A stretch of 40,237 bases of DNA, taken from a virus. The stretch lies in the IMG/VR virus record IMGVR_UViG_3300045988_037990; one strand, given 5' to 3'. This document shows positions 1-8,941 of the stretch, piece after piece. Each line of letters starts with the position of its first letter. The stretch's first letter is position 1. The position numbers and the translations under genes are program-made. A model generated the notes under the pieces. That model ran no database searches, had not been told where the DNA came from, and saw nothing but the letters and a program-made list of their open reading frames with translations.

Positions 1-119
1 GAAATACTAAAATTAATCCCATGATTTGTCGTAGCTGCTGTTAACGTTGATTAGAAAGCACTCGTTTTTTTTAGAAAGGAGGACGCTCCGGGTAAAAGAA
101 AAGAGGGCCCTTTTCTATC
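1..119. repeat. Direct terminal repeat, copy 1 (identical to 40119-40237)
   Basis: The string gaaatactaaaattaatccc...gagggcccttttctatc reads identically at both ends of the window. Confidence 0.95.
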
Positions 120-130
120 GGTCCTCTTTT
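91..130 (-). terminator. Rho-independent terminator downstream of the late-regulator gene (A/T runs on both sides, possibly bidirectional)
   Basis: An 8-bp stem pairs aaaagagg (99-106) with cctctttt (123-130). On the minus strand it is followed by cttttac. Confidence 0.6.
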
Positions 131-176
131 ACAAGTACTAATATACCACCCGAAAGCGGTTTACAGTGTAAACTCT

Positions 177-605
177 TCAATCTTTTGTCAGATTTTTTAC
201 CTCTGCCATTAAGTGTTTGTACATTCCTTGTCTTGTGTATCCATATTTCTCAGCCACATCCACAGCCTTGATTCTATGAATGTACAAATCCCATAGAATA
301 TTCTGGTCTTGCAAATCGAGAAGTTCTGTCCATCTTAGATCCATCAGTCTTTTCTGGAAGTGATGCAGTTCTTGTTCTTTGGCTGATATCTCTTCAAATA
401 AACCGAGTGGACTGTGGTACTGATGCTGATACGTCGGCATAGGCCACTTGCTTCTTTTCTGTTCTGCAGTCAGTTCGATTCCTCCAGACTTTGCAAGGCC
501 TGTTGTCTGGTGGTTTAGTACCTCCAATTCCTGATTCAGTTCAATCAAACGGTGACAGCAGTAGCGCACCGTTTTTAATTCTGGAATTAATTCATCATAA
601 GTCAT
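177..605 (-). CDS. Putative late-gene transcriptional regulator with a sigma-70 region-4-like C-terminal HTH (ArpU/RinA/DUF1492-like)
   Basis: The product is 142 aa with a C-terminal HTH-like segment, IKAVDVAEKYGYTRQGMYKHL. The SD is AAGGAGG. Across the circular junction it lies immediately upstream of the packaging/late operon. Confidence 0.5.
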   Translation of the reverse strand: MTYDELIPELKTVRYCCHRLIELNQELEVLNHQTTGLAKSGGIELTAEQKRSKWPMPTYQHQYHSPLGLFEEISAKEQELHHFQKRLMDLRWTELLDLQDQNILWDLYIHRIKAVDVAEKYGYTRQGMYKHLMAEVKNLTKD

Positions 606-608
606 GTT

Positions 609-1973
609 TTACCTCCTTAAAGCTTCGATTAAGGCTTTTTGTGTTATGTTCTTGTGTTCTAGTGCATTCAGCATGTCCTCGTCTACTGTGTCTCTAGCTA
701 TGATCTGATAAATTGTCACGTTCTGTTTCTGTCCTTGTCTGTAGATTCTGGCGTTTGCCTGCTGATACAGTTCAAGGTTCCAGTTTGGAAGTGTGTACCA
801 GATTGCGATATGTCCACCACGTTGAAGGTTAAGCCCATGTCCTGCGCTTGCTGGATGCAAAAGCAGCACGTCTATCTTTCCGTCGTTCCAGTCTCGAACG
901 TCGTCCTCGTTGCTTAGACTTCTTACTTCGATTTTTTGCTTTTTCAGATGTTCCTTGATTCGTTTTAGTTCGTGTTTGAAGTAATAGAACACCATCACCG
1001 GGTTCTGGTTTGCTGATTCGATCAAGTCATCTAGTGCCTCAAGTTTAGCGGTGTGAAGGGTTGCTACTTCTTCGAGCTTATTTCCTAGCTGATCACGTTT
1101 ATAGATTTCTCCGGATGTCATTTGTAGCAGCTGACCGCATAACACTCCAGCGTTGGCTGCTAGCAGTGATTCGTTGTTATCTAGTTCCAGAACCTTCTCA
1201 CGTTTGAAAGCGTGGTATTCTGTCATCGCTTTTTGAGGTAGTTCGATTGATTTTTTCAAGTACTGAACCGGTGGAAGTTTGGCGCAGTCTGCCTGATCCA
1301 GACTCATGCATACATCACCTATTTTCTTGTAAATTCTTTCCTCGGCATCCGGTTGTGGCTTCCAATCGTATACGATCATCCCATTTCTTCTTCCTGGAAT
1401 TAGATATCTTTCTCGAAACTGAGTTAGTGTTCGACCTAATCTTTCTCCCTGGTCGATTAGGTATATCTGGCTCCAAAGATCAGGAATTCCTTTCGGTGCT
1501 GGTGTTCCGGTTAGTCCTATAAATCTGTCAGCTAGCGGCATAACTTTTCTTAGGGCTCTGAACCTCTGGCTTTTTGGATTCTTGAAAGTCGATAATTCAT
1601 CAATCACTACCATGTCAAAGTCGAAGTATTTATTGTCTACTAGCCAGGTAACGTTCTCTTTTCCTATGAGATAAATGTCTGCCTTTTGTTGCAGTGCTTT
1701 CTCACGTTGCTTTGGAGTGCCTGCTATGATTGAATAGCTCAAGTCCTTAGTGTGACTCCATTTTTCTATTTCTTCCGGCCACGTGCTTTTTATTACGCGC
1801 ACAGGGCCTATGATTAGAACTTTTTCTATGTCGATTAGTTTTAGAAGGCTGATGATTGTTAGTGTGGTTACTGTCTTTCCGGCTCCCATAGGGAGAAGAA
1901 GGCCGCACTTCTTATGATCCAGTCCGAAGTTGATAGCCTTCTTTTGATAGTCATGAGGTTTAAATTCTGTCAA
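609..1973 (-). CDS. SNF2-family DEAD/DEAH-box helicase
   Basis: Walker A reads LPMGAGKT, the DExx box reads VVIDELS, and the helicase C motifs read GHGLNLQ and RIYRQGQ. The start is TTG with a GGAGGA SD. Confidence 0.9.
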   Translation of the reverse strand: MTEFKPHDYQKKAINFGLDHKKCGLLLPMGAGKTVTTLTIISLLKLIDIEKVLIIGPVRVIKSTWPEEIEKWSHTKDLSYSIIAGTPKQREKALQQKADIYLIGKENVTWLVDNKYFDFDMVVIDELSTFKNPKSQRFRALRKVMPLADRFIGLTGTPAPKGIPDLWSQIYLIDQGERLGRTLTQFRERYLIPGRRNGMIVYDWKPQPDAEERIYKKIGDVCMSLDQADCAKLPPVQYLKKSIELPQKAMTEYHAFKREKVLELDNNESLLAANAGVLCGQLLQMTSGEIYKRDQLGNKLEEVATLHTAKLEALDDLIESANQNPVMVFYYFKHELKRIKEHLKKQKIEVRSLSNEDDVRDWNDGKIDVLLLHPASAGHGLNLQRGGHIAIWYTLPNWNLELYQQANARIYRQGQKQNVTIYQIIARDTVDEDMLNALEHKNITQKALIEALRR

Positions 1974-2271
1974 AGTGTCGCTCCTCCGGTATGATTCCAG
2001 ACCGCATCAGATTTGTTAATTCGTCCACCTGGGCTTTTGTGCTGATGCAGTATACTTTCATACCTGTAGCCCGTATTTGGGCTACTGTGGCTTTTTGTAG
2101 GGCTCTAGGCTTACCGCCTGGCCTTTTTACTTCTACAAAGAAAGCCTTTGAATTATATGTGATCAATCTATCCGGCACGCCTGCGTTTCCTGGGCTTACA
2201 AACTTCCAGGCTTTACCGCCTAGCGCTGATACCTTTTTGATCAGATAATTTTCTACTTGATTTTCTATCAT
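1960..2271 (-). CDS. VRR-NUC domain nuclease (PD-(D/E)XK)
   Basis: The motif GVPDRL...FFVEVKRPGGK is typical of VRR-NUC. I chose the start at MIENQ (2271) because it forms an ATGA overlap with the upstream gene's stop. The longest ORF would start at 2325. Confidence 0.8.
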   Translation of the reverse strand: MIENQVENYLIKKVSALGGKAWKFVSPGNAGVPDRLITYNSKAFFVEVKRPGGKPRALQKATVAQIRATGMKVYCISTKAQVDELTNLMRSGIIPEERHFDRI

Positions 2272-2477
2272 TTCTGGAAGAACTTCTTTTGAAGTTCGCG
2301 GTACCGCTCGGCACAGTCTGGACACAAATCTTTATTGTCAATTGTTGTGATCCATCCATCTGGAAGTCCTTTCCAGGTTTCGATTGTCTTTCCATTTTCA
2401 ATCTTGCTCTTTTCGATTCCGACTGATGTTTCTTTTCCGCATCGGTCGCACTTGATATACATTCTAGTTTCTTTCAT
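2268..2477 (-). CDS. Small zinc-ribbon-like protein, function unknown
   Basis: The product is 69 aa with CDRC...CPDC cysteine pairs. The SD is GAGGAGG. Confidence 0.6.
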   Translation of the reverse strand: MKETRMYIKCDRCGKETSVGIEKSKIENGKTIETWKGLPDGWITTIDNKDLCPDCAERYRELQKKFFQK

Positions 2478-2480
2478 GTT

Positions 2481-2825
2481 CTATTCCTCCTCTAACCTTT
2501 TGGCTTGTCTTGCTTGTTTCGAATCTATATTGATTTGAATTTCAGCGTGAGTGATATTGTAATACTCTTTTAGCTGATCCATGCAAATTATCACATCCGC
2601 CATTTCTTCGATCAGGTTATGTCTTAACCCTTTGAACTCTAAGGGCTTTGTTTTTTCTTCCGGATTACGTACCAGTTTAGAAATTGCCTTTTGCAGTTCT
2701 GATAGTTCTTCCATAGCGACCAGGCTCTGCCTTTCGATTCCGTATCGGTCCATGGTTTCGTCGTTGACTCTAGCGTCTATTTCATGCATCAAGAAATGAA
2801 ATCTTTTGCTGTCGTTTAATGTCAT
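2481..2825 (-). CDS. MazG-like nucleotide pyrophosphohydrolase
   Basis: EELSELQKA and LIEEMADVIICMDQL match the EExxE...ExxD pattern of all-alpha NTP-PPases. Confidence 0.7.
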   Translation of the reverse strand: MTLNDSKRFHFLMHEIDARVNDETMDRYGIERQSLVAMEELSELQKAISKLVRNPEEKTKPLEFKGLRHNLIEEMADVIICMDQLKEYYNITHAEIQINIDSKQARQAKRLEEE

Positions 2826-2857
2826 TTCTGTGTCTCCTTTTCTAGTTGATTTTTAGG

Positions 2858-3130
2858 GGTGGCAACGGGCAACGCCTGGCAACGTTCAGAAAACTTTTTA
2901 TATATATACTATATTTTCTCGCGCGCATATACGTATGCATGTACTGTATTACCCTATATATTGTATATTCATTAAGTTAGTTAATTTATAGTTGTCTCGT
3001 TGTCAGAAGTATCCCAGGCCCTTATTTTATGCGGTTTTAGCCCGGCAACGCTCTATCATTTTAGCCGTTGCCAGTCCGTTGCCGCGTTGTCACTCGATTT
3101 TTTTGAGTGCGTTGTCAGCCGTTGTCAGGC
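2858..3130. other. Candidate origin of replication: iterons flanking an AT-rich, palindrome-rich core
   Basis: GGCAACG occurs at 2861, 2868, 2878 and 3044. The inverted forms CGTTGCC and CGTTGTCA occur at about 2991, 2999, 3066, 3077, 3086, 3111 and 3121. The core at about 2891-2990 is AT-rich and contains gcgcgc, atacgtat and atgcat palindromes. The region abuts the primase-helicase gene. Confidence 0.55.
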
Positions 3131-5521
3131 TTTTCTGCTATACGCGTAAGCATCCTGCGGCGGAACATAAGCTTTCTGGCGTCCGTAAATCCCCCCAAAT
3201 CTTAACGGATTTTTAGTACGAACCCATCCTAAACTTTCCATGATTGCCTTGAGTTCTCTTTGGTCCGCCGGTGTAAATTTATTCTTTGATCCATTCAAAA
3301 CTTCGCACCACACCTCTAGCAGGCATACCCTTGTACGTTCTTCCGTGCCTTCGTTTCTTGGGTCTTCCAACCACTGGGTTCTTGCATAAAGATCCATGTC
3401 ATACCAATCTTGCGGTAGCTTTCTATCTAGATAATCCCGGACCATGTCCTCTCGGACACTGGTAAACGTGTGCTCTTTTTGCATCTGTTCGGCTCCAGTT
3501 AAAGCTTCACCCTGAAGGAATAACTTCTCTCCTTCCTTGAATCTCTGCTTAGCTTCAGCCCAGATCTGGTCCCGTTCTTTTGGCAGATCATCAAACACGA
3601 CTTTCTTCGCTTTCGATATATCCGTATTTATCGGCCAGAATCTTCGGTTTCCTGTGTAGTCTCTTAAAAATTCATCATCATTTGTGGTCCCAAAGAACAC
3701 GCATTGTCTCGGGTTGTCTGTAACTCTTCTTGCATAGGCTTTTCTGTATCGGTCGTCCCTTTTACTTATAAACTGCTTCATGGACTCGATATCGGCTTTT
3801 CTGGCTGCAGATAATTCGGACCATTCAATCACCCAGGATCCATGCAGTGCTTCGTATCCTTCTTTCCCTGCAATCGTTGTGATTGAATCTGAGAACCAAT
3901 CTCCGCCCATGATGCTTAGCATGTGACTCTTTCCTATGCCCTGATGTCCTACGAGTACGGGCATGTAATCCATCTTGCAGCCTGGTGTGTAGATTCTGGC
4001 CACGGCTGCGGTAAAAGCTTTCCTTGCGACCGCTCTGCTGTACTCTGAATCCTCGCTTCCTAGATAGTCTATAAATAGCGTGTCTAGTCTTGGTATGCCA
4101 TCCCACTCTAGTGTGTCTAGATAGTCTCGTACTGGGTGAAAGCTGTTTCTCTCCTGGACGTAGGCTATGGCGTCATCCACTTTTCCTTTTGCGACAATGT
4201 TGTATTTCTTTTCTAGATAATATCTGAAGCTTGCGTCGTCCGTATCGGTCCAGGTCGGGTCGCTTGGGTTGTAGTTCCACCAGGGCAGGTTTCCCTTCTT
4301 GACGGGTTTTTGTGCGAATAGGTCATTTCCCCCAACCCCATTTTTAAGCTTTGGATCATTTAAAAGTATGCGGACTATGTTGTCCGTCGTAGGTTTGAAG
4401 TTTCCCTTCTTGTCCATGTCCATGGCATCCAGCCAGTCCTCGTTTACTTCTTCTTTACTGTCTTCTACTCCTTGCGAACCCCTCGCGGTGTCGTCCTTGA
4501 AGTCGTCCCAGTCCTCGTGAATCTGTTCTTTCTTGTCATCTATAAGCTGCTTCCGGGTGCCCTCGTCGTGTTCCATTAGTTCGAGCATGTGTTCTGTGCT
4601 TGCTGGATCGTCTGGCCACTTGTGTATCCTTACAAGATCATAGGCGTTGCATAGCTGCTGCCCTGTCGGGTCTGTGTTGTGATTACTGTATGCATACTTG
4701 TCGTCGTAAACCACCAAGCCTCCGGCTGTGGATCCGTTCGTATAGGTCCACCGGTTCGGGTCCTCTGTCGGCGTGTATTTCTCTGGTATGAACTTCTCAA
4801 TCGCTTCTTGGATCGTGTAGGCCCTGCAGAATGCGCCAATCCATCCGGATTTAGATAAAGGGTCCTCCTGGTGTCTTATGTCGCTGTGATGCAGTTCTGT
4901 CTCTCTGTTAGAGCGAGGCCAGTAGCTGATGTCATGCCAGTCTCTGTACTGCGCCAGGATCTCATCCGGATTCAGGTATTCGTTTCTGTCTCCTAGTTCC
5001 TCACAGATGTATTCTCCGTCCTTGCTGGTGCTAGGCCAGAACATCATTCTTGCTGGCTGATAGGTCGTGTCGTCGAAGTATTCCATTCCGATTGTACTTG
5101 CAATCTTTCGAGCGATTGCCTCGTACTCTTCCGGTGATACTTCTCTTTGTAGTGGAATGATCCATCTATATTTTGGCTTTTCCAGTGTGTGCTTATGCGT
5201 TGAGTAGATCACGCTGCAAAAGTCACACGTTATCTGGATCAATTCTAAAAATTCTTTGTCTGCAAAGTCAGCATCCAGTGTGATCATGCTGCGTGATAAC
5301 ACACTTTGGTTGTTTCGTCTGCCGTCTTTTAGTTCTCCGGCTACGAATCCACCGACGTCCTTGATATTAGACTGCTGGTCCTTCGTCATCTTTTTGTACT
5401 CTTCCACAGTCTCTTTTGTTCGGGTCGTTTCTTTTAGTTTTGCTGTGAATTCATCCCAGGACATTTCCTGGTTGAAATACTGCTTTTGTTTTCTGTTTTT
5501 GCAGGTTGCTATTGCATACAT
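3125..5521 (-). CDS. Primase-helicase: VirE-family P-loop NTPase with an N-terminal primase-like region
   Basis: The product is 798 aa. Walker A reads VGHQGIGKS and the Walker-B-like segment reads WVIEWSEL. Its size and position next to the polymerase fit phage VirE/D5-type primases. Confidence 0.75.
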   Translation of the reverse strand: MYAIATCKNRKQKQYFNQEMSWDEFTAKLKETTRTKETVEEYKKMTKDQQSNIKDVGGFVAGELKDGRRNNQSVLSRSMITLDADFADKEFLELIQITCDFCSVIYSTHKHTLEKPKYRWIIPLQREVSPEEYEAIARKIASTIGMEYFDDTTYQPARMMFWPSTSKDGEYICEELGDRNEYLNPDEILAQYRDWHDISYWPRSNRETELHHSDIRHQEDPLSKSGWIGAFCRAYTIQEAIEKFIPEKYTPTEDPNRWTYTNGSTAGGLVVYDDKYAYSNHNTDPTGQQLCNAYDLVRIHKWPDDPASTEHMLELMEHDEGTRKQLIDDKKEQIHEDWDDFKDDTARGSQGVEDSKEEVNEDWLDAMDMDKKGNFKPTTDNIVRILLNDPKLKNGVGGNDLFAQKPVKKGNLPWWNYNPSDPTWTDTDDASFRYYLEKKYNIVAKGKVDDAIAYVQERNSFHPVRDYLDTLEWDGIPRLDTLFIDYLGSEDSEYSRAVARKAFTAAVARIYTPGCKMDYMPVLVGHQGIGKSHMLSIMGGDWFSDSITTIAGKEGYEALHGSWVIEWSELSAARKADIESMKQFISKRDDRYRKAYARRVTDNPRQCVFFGTTNDDEFLRDYTGNRRFWPINTDISKAKKVVFDDLPKERDQIWAEAKQRFKEGEKLFLQGEALTGAEQMQKEHTFTSVREDMVRDYLDRKLPQDWYDMDLYARTQWLEDPRNEGTEERTRVCLLEVWCEVLNGSKNKFTPADQRELKAIMESLGWVRTKNPLRFGGIYGRQKAYVPPQDAYAYSRKA

Positions 5522-5587
5522 CCTTCGGCCTCCTGTCTATTCTTCCGCTATAGGATAGCCTCTAAAAGTGGGATGAGCTTGTAGTGC

Positions 5588-6037
5588 TTACCCATTCTTG
5601 CTTCTCCTATAAGCCACTTTTTGAAGCTCGTGCTTGATACTTTGCTGTGTTCCTTGCTGGAGTGTCCCATTGGCCTTGATCTCTTCTAGAAGCTTTATAG
5701 TGTGCGCAGCATGCTTGCCGGCGCCCACTGCATTGCTTTCCATATCTCTGCAGATCACTGCCAGAGCGTTTGCGATATTGTCTAGCCTGTTGCAGATACG
5801 GTCTGCAGCCTGGTTGATCGCTTTTTCTAGCATGTCCGCATTGTCGAAGCTGGCCATATCTTCCTTCCGTCTTTCTTCAGGCGGTTTGTGTAGATAGCTT
5901 AGACGAAGAGCTATAGCGTTCTGGCTTCGGTTCTTTAATATTGAGCTATATTCTTTATAAATCTTTGAGCTGCTGTAGCCCAGGGCGTCTAGCTGCTTTA
6001 GAAGGTTGTCCTCCTGTTGTGTCCATTTAATACTCAT
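5588..6037 (-). CDS. Hypothetical protein with an N-terminal SANT/Myb-like segment
   Basis: The N-terminus reads WTQQEDNLLKQL...RSQNAIALRLSYL. The SD is AGGAGGA. Confidence 0.6.
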   Translation of the reverse strand: MSIKWTQQEDNLLKQLDALGYSSSKIYKEYSSILKNRSQNAIALRLSYLHKPPEERRKEDMASFDNADMLEKAINQAADRICNRLDNIANALAVICRDMESNAVGAGKHAAHTIKLLEEIKANGTLQQGTQQSIKHELQKVAYRRSKNG

Positions 6038-6040
6038 GTT

Positions 6041-6166
6041 CTATCCTCCTAGCCTTGGTGCTTGTGCTATATCTAAACCAAACACTTCCTTCAAAATATT
6101 TAGGAGGATCAGTGCTGCGGTGATATAGATCAAGGCTATAATTAAATTTTGCTTATCTATTTTCAT
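6041..6166 (-). CDS. Possible 41-aa single-TM peptide (below the ORF-track cutoff)
   Basis: I translated it manually as MKIDKQNLIIALIYITAALILLNILKEVFGLDIAQAPRLGG. It fills the gap between pol and the next gene. The SD is weak. Confidence 0.3.
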   Translation of the reverse strand: MKIDKQNLIIALIYITAALILLNILKEVFGLDIAQAPRLGG

Positions 6167-6169
6167 GTT

Positions 6170-8185
6170 TTAGTCCTTTTTATAGTATTCAGATATAAAT
6201 CCATCTCCTACTAGAACCAAGTCTGGCGCCCAGTCTATTGGCTTAGCCATTACGTCTAGCAGTTGTTTGAATTTTGTTTCTTTTTCTTCCGTCGGTACTT
6301 CGCATATAACCTCGTCGTGAACATGCATGATTGTTTTAGCTCCGATCTCGTCGCAGCCCTTTAGCGTTTCGCATAGGCAGTCTCGAGCGATAGCCTGAAC
6401 CACGTTCTCCGTAAGCTTTCCACCCCAGGTGTTTGTCCACTCCCATTTTCGTGTTGTCTGGTTCAACCCTAAAAAAGATACCTGGCCATCCTTGATTCGT
6501 GGAGTTACATAGCCAATGATTCGTCCGTTTGGAAGCTGAATATAAACATTTCCATTACTTTTGAATACCCTCATATCTCGGTCTAGAGCTATGACTTGTC
6601 CATCTGTAATTGCATCCTTGAAGGCTCTTTCTAACCTGTACCAGAAATCATAGATCTTTGGCGACGCCCGTCTCCATTTAATTACAATCTCATGTTGTTG
6701 TTCTTGGCTTAGACCCATCTTACTAGCACCGAAGGCTTCCAGTGCTGCTGTTCCGCCTCCGTATCCGAGGGCAAGTTCGGCAATCTTTCCCTTTTGTCTT
6801 AGATGTCCATTGATTCCGTGCTTTTCTACAGGCACCCCGAACATCTGACTGGCTGATGCACAGTAGATGTCTCCGCCGTTTTTGAATACTTCCTGACGCC
6901 AAGTCGTCCTAGTTAGCCAGGCAATCACTCGAGCCTCTATAGCTGAGTAGTCGGCTACTATGAAGGATTTTCCCTCTGGTGGTGTGATTACGGTTCTTAG
7001 AATCGTAGCGAATACATCGTTCATGCTTTGGTATATCAGTTCTAAAAGCTCGAAGTTGCCTTCCTTCACGAGGGTTCTTGGCTCGTCTACTTCATCAAAG
7101 CTTGGACGTGGGAAGTTCTGCGGTTGGATCAGGCGTCCAGCCCAGCGTCCTGTTCTTCCTCCAAAAAATTGGAAGGTTCCCCTGATGCGGTCGTCTTCTC
7201 CGCACGCTCTCTGGAAGGCGTCGTATTTCTTGACGCTTGTTTTCCCGAGCTCTTGTCGTATTTCTAGAGCTCTTCTTGTTTCAGGCCTCAGTGTTCCTTT
7301 TAGAAGGTCTTTCACGGCTTCCTTGTTCAAGCTTTCGACGTCATGCCCTTCCTGGTCAAGGATCCATTTTTTTAGCTGTGCTACGCTTTGCGGATTTTCT
7401 AAGCCCGTGAGGAATCTTGCTTCCTCCATCAGTTCCATTCCGTGTTCTAAGCTGTAGGACTGAACGTTTTTTATTATCCGAGTATCTACGTGTATTCCTC
7501 TGTCGTTTATCCTCTGGTCTCTGTGCCAGTTTTCCCATTCTTGATCAGATACAGGCATCAAGCTGTTCAGCTTGTTATAAATGGCTTGTTCGGACTCCAC
7601 GTCTCTTTGGTTGTATTCTATGAAAAGATTCCATTTCTCCGGATCATGCTCCGGTAGGTTCTTCCATCTTCCGCCGTTGGCTTTTGTTGGTTTGCAAGGC
7701 TTGCAGAAATACTGGATCAGTCTTTTACCGGTAGCCAGTTTCACCTTATCTTCTTCAATCCCTAATGCCGGTCCTAGCTGTCCTAAACTGGAAGGGTAGC
7801 CGTTCTCTGCGGCCATGATTAGGGTGTCTTTCCATTGTTCTGGTGGTAGGAATCCATCCTCTGTTAGCTTCTTTTTTACGGCGTCTCCTAGAGTATTTCG
7901 TTTCGCGTACTCCTTGACGTATCTTGTTAGACATACTCGTTCGAAGTTTGCGTTGTGCGCCACCTTCGTGATGTTTTCATCCGCTAGCGCTGATATTAAA
8001 GAAAAAGGCAGATCTTCTTCCATTAAATCTAAAACTTCTACTGGATCATCGCCCCAGGCGTATCCGAATAGAAGTATTTTGAAGTCTAAACTCTCTGCGT
8101 ATTTATAAACCCCGCAGGCTGCAAGGTCGACGCTGGAGTAGGTCTCCAGGTCGATATGCAGTAAGGGCTTTTTACAATAAGGCAC
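6170..8185 (-). CDS. Family A DNA polymerase with 3'-5' exonuclease domain
   Basis: The Exo motifs read HIDLETYS, HNANFE and YNQRDVE. The Pol motifs read DYSAIEARV (A), RQKGKIAELALGYGGG (B) and HVHDEV (C). The start is GTG. Confidence 0.92.
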   Translation of the reverse strand: MPYCKKPLLHIDLETYSSVDLAACGVYKYAESLDFKILLFGYAWGDDPVEVLDLMEEDLPFSLISALADENITKVAHNANFERVCLTRYVKEYAKRNTLGDAVKKKLTEDGFLPPEQWKDTLIMAAENGYPSSLGQLGPALGIEEDKVKLATGKRLIQYFCKPCKPTKANGGRWKNLPEHDPEKWNLFIEYNQRDVESEQAIYNKLNSLMPVSDQEWENWHRDQRINDRGIHVDTRIIKNVQSYSLEHGMELMEEARFLTGLENPQSVAQLKKWILDQEGHDVESLNKEAVKDLLKGTLRPETRRALEIRQELGKTSVKKYDAFQRACGEDDRIRGTFQFFGGRTGRWAGRLIQPQNFPRPSFDEVDEPRTLVKEGNFELLELIYQSMNDVFATILRTVITPPEGKSFIVADYSAIEARVIAWLTRTTWRQEVFKNGGDIYCASASQMFGVPVEKHGINGHLRQKGKIAELALGYGGGTAALEAFGASKMGLSQEQQHEIVIKWRRASPKIYDFWYRLERAFKDAITDGQVIALDRDMRVFKSNGNVYIQLPNGRIIGYVTPRIKDGQVSFLGLNQTTRKWEWTNTWGGKLTENVVQAIARDCLCETLKGCDEIGAKTIMHVHDEVICEVPTEEKETKFKQLLDVMAKPIDWAPDLVLVGDGFISEYYKKD

Positions 8186-8783
8186 TTAGGTCGTCGCTTC
8201 CGGTTTCCTCATCAAACTCAGAAGCGTCACCAAAGTCTGCGGTTACACTTGAGTGTCCTCCTAATGGTTCCCCATCTTTTACTTTTAAAACGCTGTTAAG
8301 TCCTGCAGCGATTCCTGTACCGACTTTGTTGAATGGGTAGAAGTTGAAGCTTACAGCTCCATAGCATCCGCTATATACATCTTCCATAATAGCTTCCTTG
8401 CTGCTGTATGCGTATGTCACTCCGTTCTTGCGATATCCGACTGATACGGGCTTGTTACTCTTTACCGCTAGCATGTATTTGTTTTTACACTCTGGGCTTC
8501 CTGCGTATTTTTCTTCCGCATCGCAGTCAATCAATAATCCCTCTTTAGTTCCAGGCACTCTCTTTAGCTGTGTAGCTTTTGTTTTGAAGGAAGCACCGAA
8601 CTTTTCAATTCCTTCTTGTAGGGCTTCTTGATAGCCCTTAACGATTCGATTCAGAGTTTCTTTATCCTCTTTATCAATTAATACATTCACGCTGTATTTT
8701 GCTTCCGTACCATCCGCGAATGCATGTGGCTCTGCTAAATGGCAATAGCAGAATCTTACTAATTTTGTTTTTACTTGTGACAT
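8172..8783 (-). CDS. DUF2815-like protein (putative ssDNA-binding)
   Basis: The N-terminus VRFCYCHLAEPHA and the position between a DUF2800-like gene and PolA match the conserved phage module. Confidence 0.65.
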   Translation of the reverse strand: MSQVKTKLVRFCYCHLAEPHAFADGTEAKYSVNVLIDKEDKETLNRIVKGYQEALQEGIEKFGASFKTKATQLKRVPGTKEGLLIDCDAEEKYAGSPECKNKYMLAVKSNKPVSVGYRKNGVTYAYSSKEAIMEDVYSGCYGAVSFNFYPFNKVGTGIAAGLNSVLKVKDGEPLGGHSSVTADFGDASEFDEETGSDDLSALL

Positions 8784-8941
8784 CTTTTTGTTCCTCCTAG
8801 TTGTATTCTTTGTCGCATTACGTTTTTAAGCTGTCGCTTTAGATCGTTTCTGTGTGGTCCTGGTTTACTGTTTCGAATCTCGGCTCGGATGCGGACCATC
8901 TTTTCATCCAAATCTTTAATCGATTCCGTCCTTGAAGTCAT
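8780..8941 (-). CDS. Possible 53-aa basic protein
   Basis: I translated it manually as MTSRTESIKDLDEKMVRIRAEIRNSKPGPHRNDLKRQLKNVMRQRIQLGGTKRCHK. It bridges an otherwise empty 130-bp gap. The SD is weak. Confidence 0.3.

Noticed and set aside
47-271. Plus-strand 74-aa ORF across the leader and the 3' end of the late regulator
   Set aside because: It runs through two terminator hairpins and lies antisense to a supported gene. It has no SD.
2861-3127. CRISPR array or tRNA as an explanation for the GGCAAC/GTTGCC repeats
   Set aside because: The repeats are only 7-8 bp, irregularly spaced and present in both orientations. There is no repeat-spacer periodicity and no cloverleaf.
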